A stretch of 64,000 nucleotides of DNA from Dehalococcoidia bacterium (lineage in GTDB: Bacteria > Chloroflexota > Dehalococcoidia > Bin125): contig OZ244071.1 in NCBI GenBank assembly GCA_965215555.1, positions 267,778-331,777 of the forward strand, read 5' to 3'. Of the stretch, positions 1 to 7,771 are shown in pieces. The first letter of the stretch is position 1. Each line of letters starts with the position of its first letter. Under the pieces are notes generated by a model. That model did not search any database and was not told the DNA's origin. It saw only the letters and a list, made by a program, of their open reading frames with translations. The position numbers and the translations under genes were made by a program.

Positions 1-1
1 G

Positions 2-127
2 GCCGGACAGACGATCGTCATGGTGACCCACAATCTTGAGATCGCGAAGCGCGCCAGCCGGCTGTTCTTGATGCATGACGGCGAGATTCGCGAGGCTGAT
101 CCGGGTGACCCTCGAGCGCTCGATTAG
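2..127 (+). CDS. ABC transporter ATP-binding protein, C-terminal fragment (gene begins upstream of window)
   Basis: Frame 2 translates to AGQTIVMVTHNLEIAKRASRLFLMHDGEIREADPGDPRALD then TAG at 125-127. This is the classic C-terminal H-loop region (VTHNLE...) of an ABC ATPase. Confidence 0.6.
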   Translation, partial: AGQTIVMVTHNLEIAKRASRLFLMHDGEIREADPGDPRALD

Positions 128-174
128 CCTTACCCTGCGGAGTACACCCAGTACACCGCAAATGTCAATTTCGT

Positions 175-663
175 GTGCATTTCGGAGGCCATGTGGCGCA
201 GCATCAGGAACACGCAGATGAACGGGATACAGGCGTACCCGACTTCTGGCCCGAAGCGCTGGAGGTCATCAAGAGTGCGCCAATTGGCCTGTTAGCCACG
301 ACCCGAGGTCAGCAGCCGCATGTGCGCCCAGTGACCCCGGCCTATGTCGGTCTCAATGCCTATGTACTGACCGCCGCTGGGACTCCGAAACTCAAGCAGG
401 TCCGCAGCAACGAGTTGGTGGAGCTGCTGCATTGGACGGTCGATTTTCGGCACTTGAATCTCGCTGGCGTTGCCCGCGTGACCGAAGATCCAGAGTTGAT
501 TTCCGAGGTCGCGCCTCATTTTCCCTACGAGGTCGATGACTTCTTCGGTCCTGACATTCGAGCACCGGCTTTGATCGAGATTGTGTTGCGGCGAATCTCG
601 ATCACCACATTCAACGACATCATCGCGAACAAACGGCCGCGAATCTGGCGCGCGTCTTCATGA
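175..663 (+). CDS. Pyridoxamine 5'-phosphate oxidase-like (split-barrel FMN/F420-binding) family protein
   Basis: ORF of 162 aa with the PPOX-like motif region '...ALEVIKSAPIGLLATTRGQQPHVRPV...'. The true start is probably internal, for example GTG at 193. Confidence 0.5.
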   Translation: MHFGGHVAQHQEHADERDTGVPDFWPEALEVIKSAPIGLLATTRGQQPHVRPVTPAYVGLNAYVLTAAGTPKLKQVRSNELVELLHWTVDFRHLNLAGVARVTEDPELISEVAPHFPYEVDDFFGPDIRAPALIEIVLRRISITTFNDIIANKRPRIWRASS

Positions 664-709
664 CGCGTCATCCAGATCAGGCCCTGGAGGCAGAGGAGAG
701 GTCACTGTT

Positions 710-1654
710 ATGCGAATCGCACTAATCGGACAGGCTCCGTTTGGCGCAGCCATTTTCGAGCGGTTGGTCGCCGACGGACATGAGATCGTTGGCGTGTTCA
801 CGCCGCCCGAGCGAGAAGGCGGACGTCCCGATCCACTGGCGCAAGCCGCGCGCGAAGCGGGTATCACGCTCGTGCAGCCGCGTCGCTGGCAGCGTCGGGG
901 CGTGGTCGACGAGGAAGTGTTGGCTCAGTATGAGGCGACGAATCCGGAACTCAACGTGATGGCGTTCGTTACGCAGATCATTCCTTCGCGTGTGCTTGAG
1001 TTTCCCCCGTTGAAGACGATTCAGTATCACCCATCAATCTTGCCAAAGCATCGCGGACGGTCGGCGATCAACCATGCCATCGTGCAGGGCGACACGATGA
1101 CCGGCGTGACGATCTTCTGGGTCGACGACGGGCTCGACACCGGACCGATTCTGCTACAACGCTCCTGCCCGATCGGTCCTGACGCGACGATCAATGAGGT
1201 CTATCGCGAGCACCTCTTCCCGCTGGGCGTTGAGACGATGGCCGAAGCGGTGCAGCTCGTCGAGGCCGGACAGGCGCCGCGTCATCTCCAGAATGAAGAT
1301 GACATGACGTATGAGGGTCCCTGGGAGGGCGATGTTGCGCGGATCGACTGGTCGCAGGATGCACAGGTCGTGCACAACTTCATTCGCGGCTCAGACCGCG
1401 CGCCCGGCGCGTGGAGCGAGGTTGGCGGTCAGCGTGTGACGCTGCTGGGTTCGACGAGGTCGGATCATTCGGGCGGCGCCGCAGGCGAGGTCGCGGCGCT
1501 CAGCTCGGATGGGATGACCATCGTCTGCGGAGACGGGGAGTCGATTCAGGTCGACACGCTTGCGGTCGGCAGGGATCGTCAACCAGCACAGGACTGGGCA
1601 TCGGCGAACGGGGTGGATGTCGGTGCAGTGTTTGAGCCTGCGCCTGCGGAGTAA
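710..1654 (+). CDS. Formyltransferase family protein (methionyl-tRNA formyltransferase-like, N- and C-terminal domains)
   Basis: Starts at ATG 710 (MRIALIGQ...) with an upstream GGAGAGG Shine-Dalgarno. Contains the formyltransferase motif 'HPSILPKHRGRSAINHAIVQGDTMTGVTIFWVDDGLDTGPILLQ'. Confidence 0.65.
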   Translation: MRIALIGQAPFGAAIFERLVADGHEIVGVFTPPEREGGRPDPLAQAAREAGITLVQPRRWQRRGVVDEEVLAQYEATNPELNVMAFVTQIIPSRVLEFPPLKTIQYHPSILPKHRGRSAINHAIVQGDTMTGVTIFWVDDGLDTGPILLQRSCPIGPDATINEVYREHLFPLGVETMAEAVQLVEAGQAPRHLQNEDDMTYEGPWEGDVARIDWSQDAQVVHNFIRGSDRAPGAWSEVGGQRVTLLGSTRSDHSGGAAGEVAALSSDGMTIVCGDGESIQVDTLAVGRDRQPAQDWASANGVDVGAVFEPAPAE

Positions 1655-1688
1655 GTAGCGCCGGACAAGCGGGCAGCGGATTCGTCTA

Positions 1689-1870
1689 GGGCCTGTTCAC
1701 ATGGGGCGGCCAGTCCAGGAGTTCCCGTCATACCCGCGCTCCGCCGCGGGTATCTCGCTGCATTCAGCGCAACTGTCTGTGTAACACTCGGCGAGATTGC
1801 CCCCGCATCAAGTGCGGGGCAGGCTGCGACAAGCGCGGCAATGACGGAATTCTGACGAAACAGATGGCTA
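1689..1870 (+). repeat. Structured intergenic repeat, copy A (family also at 27641..27875, 37027..37160, 45638..45842)
   Basis: About 180 bp with nested inverted repeats: CGTCATACCCGCGC...GCGGGTATCTCGCTG, CTCGGCGAGATTGCC, CCCCGCATCAAGTGCGGGG, GCGGCAATGACGGAAT. Lies between convergent genes (formyltransferase + and FmdB -). Confidence 0.8.
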
Positions 1871-1884
1871 ATGTGAACACGCCC

Positions 1885-2181
1885 TTAGGTCATGTCCTGG
1901 ACGCGTTTGCCCGAGTCGACGAGTGGGGCGAAGCGGGTTTTGCTGAGTGGATCGTTGCGTGAGGCTTTGTCCCAGGCGGCGTCGACCATCTTGGCGTACT
2001 TGGGGTGCATCTCGCGCATTTTGGTGTTCTCGTCCTTGATGAAAGCCGAGCGGGCGATCAGACGCTCGACCTGCCCGTCGGACTCACATTGGTCGCAGGC
2101 CGGTGCTGGCGCGTCCATTTTGCGCGTGAAGTGCTCCCATTCGTTGCCACAGGCTCGGCAGGCGTATTCGTAGATCGGCAT
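1885..2181 (-). CDS. FmdB-family zinc-ribbon regulatory protein
   Basis: Begins MPIYEYACRACGNEWE... and has a second CxxC (CDQC). This is the canonical FmdB/CxxC_CxxC_SSSS N-terminus. Confidence 0.7.
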   Translation of the reverse strand: MPIYEYACRACGNEWEHFTRKMDAPAPACDQCESDGQVERLIARSAFIKDENTKMREMHPKYAKMVDAAWDKASRNDPLSKTRFAPLVDSGKRVQDMT

Positions 2182-2284
2182 GAGGAGCTCCCGGCAACGT
2201 AGGCGTGCGATTCGATCCGTCTCTCACGATGGTACGATCTCGACGTAACTACCGCACCTGATCGACAAAAGATGGAGGCGATTC

Positions 2285-3280
2285 GTGTACGGATTGCGCA
2301 CGATGTTCCTCGTGGTACTGATGGCTGGGCTGCTGATGGTCGTGGGGTTGGCGGTGGCCGGCGAGATTGGCCTGATTGTGATGGCCGTGATCGCCTTCGG
2401 AATCAACCTGTACAGCTACTACAACTCACACTCGATGGTGCCGAAGATGATGGGTGGCCAGCTCGTCACCGCTGCTGAGGCGCCTGACCTGTATCGAATT
2501 GTCGAGCGAGCGGCCTGTCAGGCCAAGATGCCGTTCCGCAAGGACTTGCTGGAGCAGTTCACGCTTGAGCATCTCGAGGCTCGCTGCATGGGGCACTGCC
2601 GCCCCGGCGACTGTCCGCGGCATATTCCCTCGGTGTATGTGATCGACACGCCGATTCCCAACGCGTTCGCGACCGGACGGCATCCCAATCACTCGGCGGT
2701 TGCCGCGACAACCGGAATCATGGGTCTGCTGACGCAGCGTGAGCTATCGGGCGTGATGGCGCATGAGTTGGCCCACGTGACGAATCGCGACACGCTGTGG
2801 TCAACGATCGTTGCATCGATGGCGATGATGATCTCGTTCATCGCGATGATCGCTCAGTTCGCGCTGTTCATGGGATTCATGTTCGGCGGCATGGGCGGAC
2901 AGAATGATGATGAAGGCGGCGGTGGAGCGGGACATCTGGCCGGAGCGTTGATCGTGGCCATCATTGCGCCGATCATCGCAGGAATGATCCAGATGGCCGT
3001 CAGCCGGCAGCGCGAGCTTAAGGCCGACGACACAGGTGCGCGTCGCTGCGGCGATCCTGAGGCGCTGGCCTACGGCTTGCTGAAACTCGAGCAAGGCGTG
3101 AGGACTCCAGAGTCCCGCTATGCGGCGGAAGAGATGAAAACCGCCGAGGCGGCGAATCACATGTTCATTGTGAATCCGCTGGCGGGTGGCGCAGGTCGGT
3201 GGTTCTCGACCCACCCGCCCACCGAGCAGCGAGTCGAGCGTCTGAGGAAGATTGGGGAGGAAATCGGCCGCCCCTTCTGA
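2285..3280 (+). CDS. htpX: Zinc metalloprotease HtpX homologue (M48) with an unusual ~33-aa Cys/His-rich insertion
   Basis: Two N-terminal TM helices, the HEXXH motif 'HELAHV', 'PNAFATGR' and the C-terminal 'STHPPTEQRVERL'. The segment FRKDLLEQFTLEHLEARCMGHCRPGDCPRHIPS is inserted before VYVIDTP. Confidence 0.8.
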   Translation: MYGLRTMFLVVLMAGLLMVVGLAVAGEIGLIVMAVIAFGINLYSYYNSHSMVPKMMGGQLVTAAEAPDLYRIVERAACQAKMPFRKDLLEQFTLEHLEARCMGHCRPGDCPRHIPSVYVIDTPIPNAFATGRHPNHSAVAATTGIMGLLTQRELSGVMAHELAHVTNRDTLWSTIVASMAMMISFIAMIAQFALFMGFMFGGMGGQNDDEGGGGAGHLAGALIVAIIAPIIAGMIQMAVSRQRELKADDTGARRCGDPEALAYGLLKLEQGVRTPESRYAAEEMKTAEAANHMFIVNPLAGGAGRWFSTHPPTEQRVERLRKIGEEIGRPF

Positions 3281-3780
3281 TGGCTGAGGAATCTCAAGAA
3301 CTGGTTGACGTTGAAGTCACGCTGTACCTGGCTGAGGCCCGGTGGCGACGAGACGATCAGGATCGACACCACGCTGCGCTGAATCAAAGACTCAGCACTC
3401 TGTTCGCTCTAAACTTCGCTGTACTCGCGATTCTCGGAGCATCCCTGAGCTTTGCCGATTTGAATCTGCCCGCTTATGTGGAAGGCTTCGCTCACGCCAC
3501 GATCTTCATGTTACTCGTGAACATCGCCCTCTTGATGTGGGCCTACCGGGTCGATCCGCTGAGTCGGCGACCGGGCTTACAGGCACTCTCCAAGATTGAA
3601 GATGACCATTCGTTGCCCATTGCTCAGCGGTGGTACGGCCGAGAAATCGAGTTGGCGCTAGAAACGAACGAGCGCAGGCTGGGTCATAAGCGTCGACTAA
3701 TCGGGTCGGCGATGTTGACTTCGTCACTAACGGTGCTGATGGTCGCCGCAGTGTCGGCGCTGACTTTGCACTTCGGCTGA
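3280..3780 (+). CDS. Hypothetical membrane protein with two adjacent TM helices (paralog of 20274..20813)
   Basis: ATG at 3280 overlaps the htpX stop (TGATG). N-terminal charged helix 'YLAEARWRRDDQDRHHAALNQRL' is followed by two hydrophobic helices and a C-terminal hydrophobic segment. Confidence 0.5.
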   Translation: MAEESQELVDVEVTLYLAEARWRRDDQDRHHAALNQRLSTLFALNFAVLAILGASLSFADLNLPAYVEGFAHATIFMLLVNIALLMWAYRVDPLSRRPGLQALSKIEDDHSLPIAQRWYGREIELALETNERRLGHKRRLIGSAMLTSSLTVLMVAAVSALTLHFG

Positions 3781-4067
3781 ATGATGCGTCATGAAACAGA
3801 CCCACTTCTGCTGCGCGGGCCGGTTCCTCACCTCTGACCGTTGGTCGAAACAGCGCGTCGGAAGTGTTTCGAAAGCCAGTTCAATAGCCTCCATTGCCTC
3901 ATGCGCTCGTCGACAGCTTCTTCCGAGTCAAAGAGTCCAGTTGGACCGAATCCCGTCTCTGAGATGACATACACCGGACCTGGAGGGGGGAGAGCATTCT
4001 CGGGGTCTTTGTGCTGGCCGGGAGATGGTCTAGCCTGGGTCATCACGATCCTCCTAGTGTCAGGGTA

Positions 4068-4847
4068 TCAGTCACCAGACTCCCTGCCGTTCGCGATTTC
4101 CTTGCGTAGCGCTGTGACCTCATTCTGTAGGACTTTGAGTTCTTCGAGGATTTGTTCTTGCTCTTTGTCCTGGTCCTGCTCGACGAACCAGGCGGCGATT
4201 GTGGCAGTGAGCATTCCGAGGAGGGCGAAGCCGAGCAGGGTGACGATTGCTCCCACGATTCGGCCGAGCACGGTTGTTGCCTCCTTGACGCCGTCTCCGG
4301 TTGCCATGGTGTGTAGCGTCCACCAGAGCGCTGAGTCCCAACTCTGTACCTGGCTCCCGGCGCCGCTTTCGACGGCCCAGATGGCGGCAGTTGCACCAAA
4401 CATGATGGTCAAGGCAAGCACCACAGTGCCGCGCACTCCTCTTCGGTCGAGAAGCGTCCAAAGCCTGGCAACAAACACAACCGCCCTGAGCAGCCGTAGT
4501 GGACGCAAGAAAGGCACTACGACAATCAGAACATCGATCCAGTTGCGTCGCAGAAACTGTCTGCGGTTCTCCGCCAACCAGAGTCGGGCGACGAGATCGA
4601 CAGCGAACACAGCCCAGATGCCCCACTCGCCGTAGGTGAACGCCCTATCAACGTCATCCGATAGATCGCTGACCAGCGGGAGCAAGAGCAGCGGCAGCAT
4701 GATCCCCGCAAGAATCAACAGGGGAAGATTTGTGCGGGCTTCCCAACGCTCCAGGTGGTCATCGGAGCGTCCCGCTCGCAGAACACTCCACCACTCCAAC
4801 AGGGGACTCACTGTCGAGATTCCCGGTCCACCAACAGAATCAGCCAT
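4068..4847 (-). CDS. Voltage-gated ion channel (6TM, Kv-like) with non-canonical pore 'TMATGDG'
   Basis: S4 helix with spaced arginines 'RPLRLLRAVVFVARLW'. Pore region 'WWTLHTMATGDGV'. C-terminal coiled coil 'LEELKVLQNEVTALRKEIA'. Confidence 0.7.
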   Translation of the reverse strand: MADSVGGPGISTVSPLLEWWSVLRAGRSDDHLERWEARTNLPLLILAGIMLPLLLLPLVSDLSDDVDRAFTYGEWGIWAVFAVDLVARLWLAENRRQFLRRNWIDVLIVVVPFLRPLRLLRAVVFVARLWTLLDRRGVRGTVVLALTIMFGATAAIWAVESGAGSQVQSWDSALWWTLHTMATGDGVKEATTVLGRIVGAIVTLLGFALLGMLTATIAAWFVEQDQDKEQEQILEELKVLQNEVTALRKEIANGRESGD

Positions 4848-4975
4848 CTAGGACAACCTCGTTTGCTTAGATGTCTCAGCAGGTTGCAGTGGGAGGACCG
4901 GCATCTGTTCAGCAGGAATACATCGGCGCACGTCGGATGGTGGTTCGTTGACTGTCTCGCATTTGACCCATCTTG

Positions 4976-5749
4976 TTACCCATCTTGACCTCGCCTACCC
5001 TGCAACTCCTCCAACTCAGCTCGTAGCCTCTCGTTTTCCTGTTCGAGTTGATCTATTCGGGAAACGTCGGGCGATTCCTGAGCCTGTTGCCCTTCGACGA
5101 ACCACGCGGCCACATTCGCGGTCAGCACACCGAAGACTCCAATCCCGGCGACCATCAACAACACTCCGATCGCTCGACCTAACGCCGTGACCGGGGTGAC
5201 ATCCCCGTATCCCACTGTGGTAATGGTCGCGAGAGCCCACCATAAGGCAGTTCCCCAGTTGTCGATTGGCCCGTCCCCGCTCCGTTCGACAAGCACGACA
5301 AACATCGTTGCCAGGGCCAGGGCAAACAGCGATGCAAACAATGAAACAGCAATTGCACGGCGGCGAAGTATCTCTGAGAACACGCCACGAACAAAACCCA
5401 GCCTGAGCAGTAGGAGGATTCGCAGAGGCCTAAAGAACGGAACAACGACGATTGGGACTTCATACCAATGGCTGATCAGAAATCGCCGTCGATGCTCAGC
5501 CATCCAAACTCGAACAGCGAGATCCACGGCGAAGACAGACCAAATCACAGTGTCGCCGACGAAGAGCCATTGTTGCGCCGATGCTGACAACCTTGGATCG
5601 AAGTGACCGACGAGCAGCGGGATCATCGCGACAGCGAGAATCAGGAGCGCCGGTTCGGTGCGCCGCTCCCACTTCTCGCGCAGGTCGTCGTTCCTGGCTG
5701 TGTTCAATAGCCGACGAACCTGCTTACCCATCGCTCGGATTACCTGCAT
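4976..5749 (-). CDS. Voltage-gated potassium channel (6TM, canonical TTVGYGD filter)
   Basis: S4 helix 'RPLRILLLLRLGFVRG'. Selectivity filter 'ATITTVGYGDV'. C-terminal coiled coil. Confidence 0.75.
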   Translation of the reverse strand: MQVIRAMGKQVRRLLNTARNDDLREKWERRTEPALLILAVAMIPLLVGHFDPRLSASAQQWLFVGDTVIWSVFAVDLAVRVWMAEHRRRFLISHWYEVPIVVVPFFRPLRILLLLRLGFVRGVFSEILRRRAIAVSLFASLFALALATMFVVLVERSGDGPIDNWGTALWWALATITTVGYGDVTPVTALGRAIGVLLMVAGIGVFGVLTANVAAWFVEGQQAQESPDVSRIDQLEQENERLRAELEELQGRRGQDG

Positions 5750-7684
5750 TTAGCGAATGCTGGCTTTCATGTCTTCCCAGGCAGAGCGGGCATCTTCGAC
5801 GGAGCCTTCGTCTTCGATTGTGGAGATGTCTCCAGGATCCGTGTCGAGCGTGACGGCTTTGAGGACTCGCCGCATGATTTTGCCTGAGCGAGTCTTGGGC
5901 AGGGCGTCGACGAAGTTAAGCTCGCCGATGACGGCCACCGGGCCGAGTTCCCCACGGATGGTCTGGAGAATCTCGGTCTTGAGATCGTCGCCAGCCTCGT
6001 TACCGGCCTTGAGCACGACGAAGGCAGAGATGACTTCGCCTCGCAGTTCGTCCGGACGTCCGGTGACGCCAGCTTCTGCTGCGCCCGGATGCCTGAGAAT
6101 GGCTGACTCGACCTCGATGGTGCCGATTCGGTGAGCGGCGATTTTGATGATCTCGTCGGCTCGTCCTGAGAACCAGACGTAGCCGTCTTCGTCGACTGCG
6201 GTGGCGTCACCGGTGAAGTAGACCTGGCGACCGGGAACCTTTCCCCAGTAGTCGGTCTGATAGCGCTCGGGCTCGCCCCAGAGACGAGCAGTCAGGCCCG
6301 GGAAGGGTCTGGTGATGGCGAAGATGCCTTTCTCGTCGGCGGGGAGTTCTTCGCCGTCGGTATCGAGGACGGCGCCCTCGATGCCTGGCAACTGAATTCC
6401 GGCTGAGCCTGGTTTGATTGGCAGCATCTGGATGCCGTAGGGATTGCCGATGATCGGGCCACCCGTCTCGGTCTGCCACATGTGGTCGAGGACGGGAATC
6501 TCGTCGCCGAAGATTTCCTGCTGGAACCATTCCCAGGCGGGCGGATTGAGTACTTCGCCGGCGGAGAAGACGCGGGTCAGTGATGACATGTCGACAGCTT
6601 CGGCCGGCTCAGTCCCCGAGCGCATCAGCAGACGGATTGCCGTTGGTGAAGTGAACATGCCGGTGACGCCGTGGTCCTCGATGATCTTGTAGAAGGTGCC
6701 GACATCCGGGTGATCGAGCGCGCCTTCAAATGCGATCGTGGTTGCTCCGGCGAGCAGTGGTCCGTAGACGATGTAGGAGTGTCCCACGACCCAGCCGATG
6801 TCGGAGGTAGCCCACCAGACGTCCTCGGGCTGGAGGTCGAAGACCCAGTCAGCCATGCTGGCGATCCAGACCGGGTAGCCGCCGTGGGTGTGGACGCAGA
6901 GTTTGGGCCGCGCGGTCGTTCCTGATGTGGCGAGGATGTATGCCGGTTCGTTGGCTTCCATGGCGACCCACGACCCGTCGCCTCCACGGCCAGCTTCGAG
7001 GAAGTCCTCCCAGCTCATCTCCTTGTCGCCACCGATGTTGGGGCTGTCGGCCAGGCGACGCTCGACGACGACTGTCTCGATGATCTCGCCTGCGCCTTCG
7101 TTCTCGAGCGCGCCTCTGACGAAGTGGTTGAGCGGGACGTTGCGGCCGCGCCGGTATGTGGAGTCGGTGGCGAAAATGGCTTTGGCCTCGGCCAGCTTGA
7201 TCCGCTCGGCGATGGCGCCTGCCCCGAATCCGGCGAAGATGACCAGGTGGACTGCGCCGATGCGGGCACAGGCGAGCATCAGCGCGATCGCTTCGTAGTT
7301 GGTTGGCATGTAGATGGCGACGCGGTCGCCACGCTCGATTCCGATGGCGCGAAGTGAAGCGGCCATTCGCTCGACCTGCTTGAGGAGCTGCGCATATGTG
7401 AAGACACGTTGTTCGCCGTTTTCGTCGAGCGCGATCAGTGCGGCGCGACCACCATTTCCATTTGCGACCTGGGCGTCGAGGCAGGCGTAGGCCAGGTTGG
7501 TCTCGCCGCCGATGAACCAGCGGAAGGCAGGGATATCTTCCGGGGTCCACTCGAAGACTTCATCCCATTCTCGGAACCAGGGCAACCGAGCGGCTGCTTC
7601 CGACCAGAACGCATCGGGCTCGTCGAGCGCTCGACGTTGGATTTCGCGGACAATCGGGCCGACCAGATCGATGTCGGAAGGCAT
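5750..7684 (-). CDS. AMP-forming acetyl/propionyl-CoA synthetase (Acs/PrpE family)
   Basis: 644 aa. AMP-binding motif 'YILATSGTTARPK'. C-terminal 'LPKTRSGKIMRRVL' is typical of Acs/PrpE. Confidence 0.85.
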   Translation of the reverse strand: MPSDIDLVGPIVREIQRRALDEPDAFWSEAAARLPWFREWDEVFEWTPEDIPAFRWFIGGETNLAYACLDAQVANGNGGRAALIALDENGEQRVFTYAQLLKQVERMAASLRAIGIERGDRVAIYMPTNYEAIALMLACARIGAVHLVIFAGFGAGAIAERIKLAEAKAIFATDSTYRRGRNVPLNHFVRGALENEGAGEIIETVVVERRLADSPNIGGDKEMSWEDFLEAGRGGDGSWVAMEANEPAYILATSGTTARPKLCVHTHGGYPVWIASMADWVFDLQPEDVWWATSDIGWVVGHSYIVYGPLLAGATTIAFEGALDHPDVGTFYKIIEDHGVTGMFTSPTAIRLLMRSGTEPAEAVDMSSLTRVFSAGEVLNPPAWEWFQQEIFGDEIPVLDHMWQTETGGPIIGNPYGIQMLPIKPGSAGIQLPGIEGAVLDTDGEELPADEKGIFAITRPFPGLTARLWGEPERYQTDYWGKVPGRQVYFTGDATAVDEDGYVWFSGRADEIIKIAAHRIGTIEVESAILRHPGAAEAGVTGRPDELRGEVISAFVVLKAGNEAGDDLKTEILQTIRGELGPVAVIGELNFVDALPKTRSGKIMRRVLKAVTLDTDPGDISTIEDEGSVEDARSAWEDMKASIR

Positions 7685-7771
7685 GAAGAGACTCCAACTC
7701 AGGGTTGCGGTCTTGCTGGCGGAGTGAGCGGGTACCGTATGCGGAGGGTATCAGCGGAGGGGTCAGAACCA

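Noticed and set aside
3828-4046. 72-aa minus-strand ORF between the 2TM gene and the channel gene
   Set aside because: Weak GC3 bias (codons such as AGA, CCA, TCT, AAA), no Shine-Dalgarno, and no recognisable features. I kept it as unlikely.
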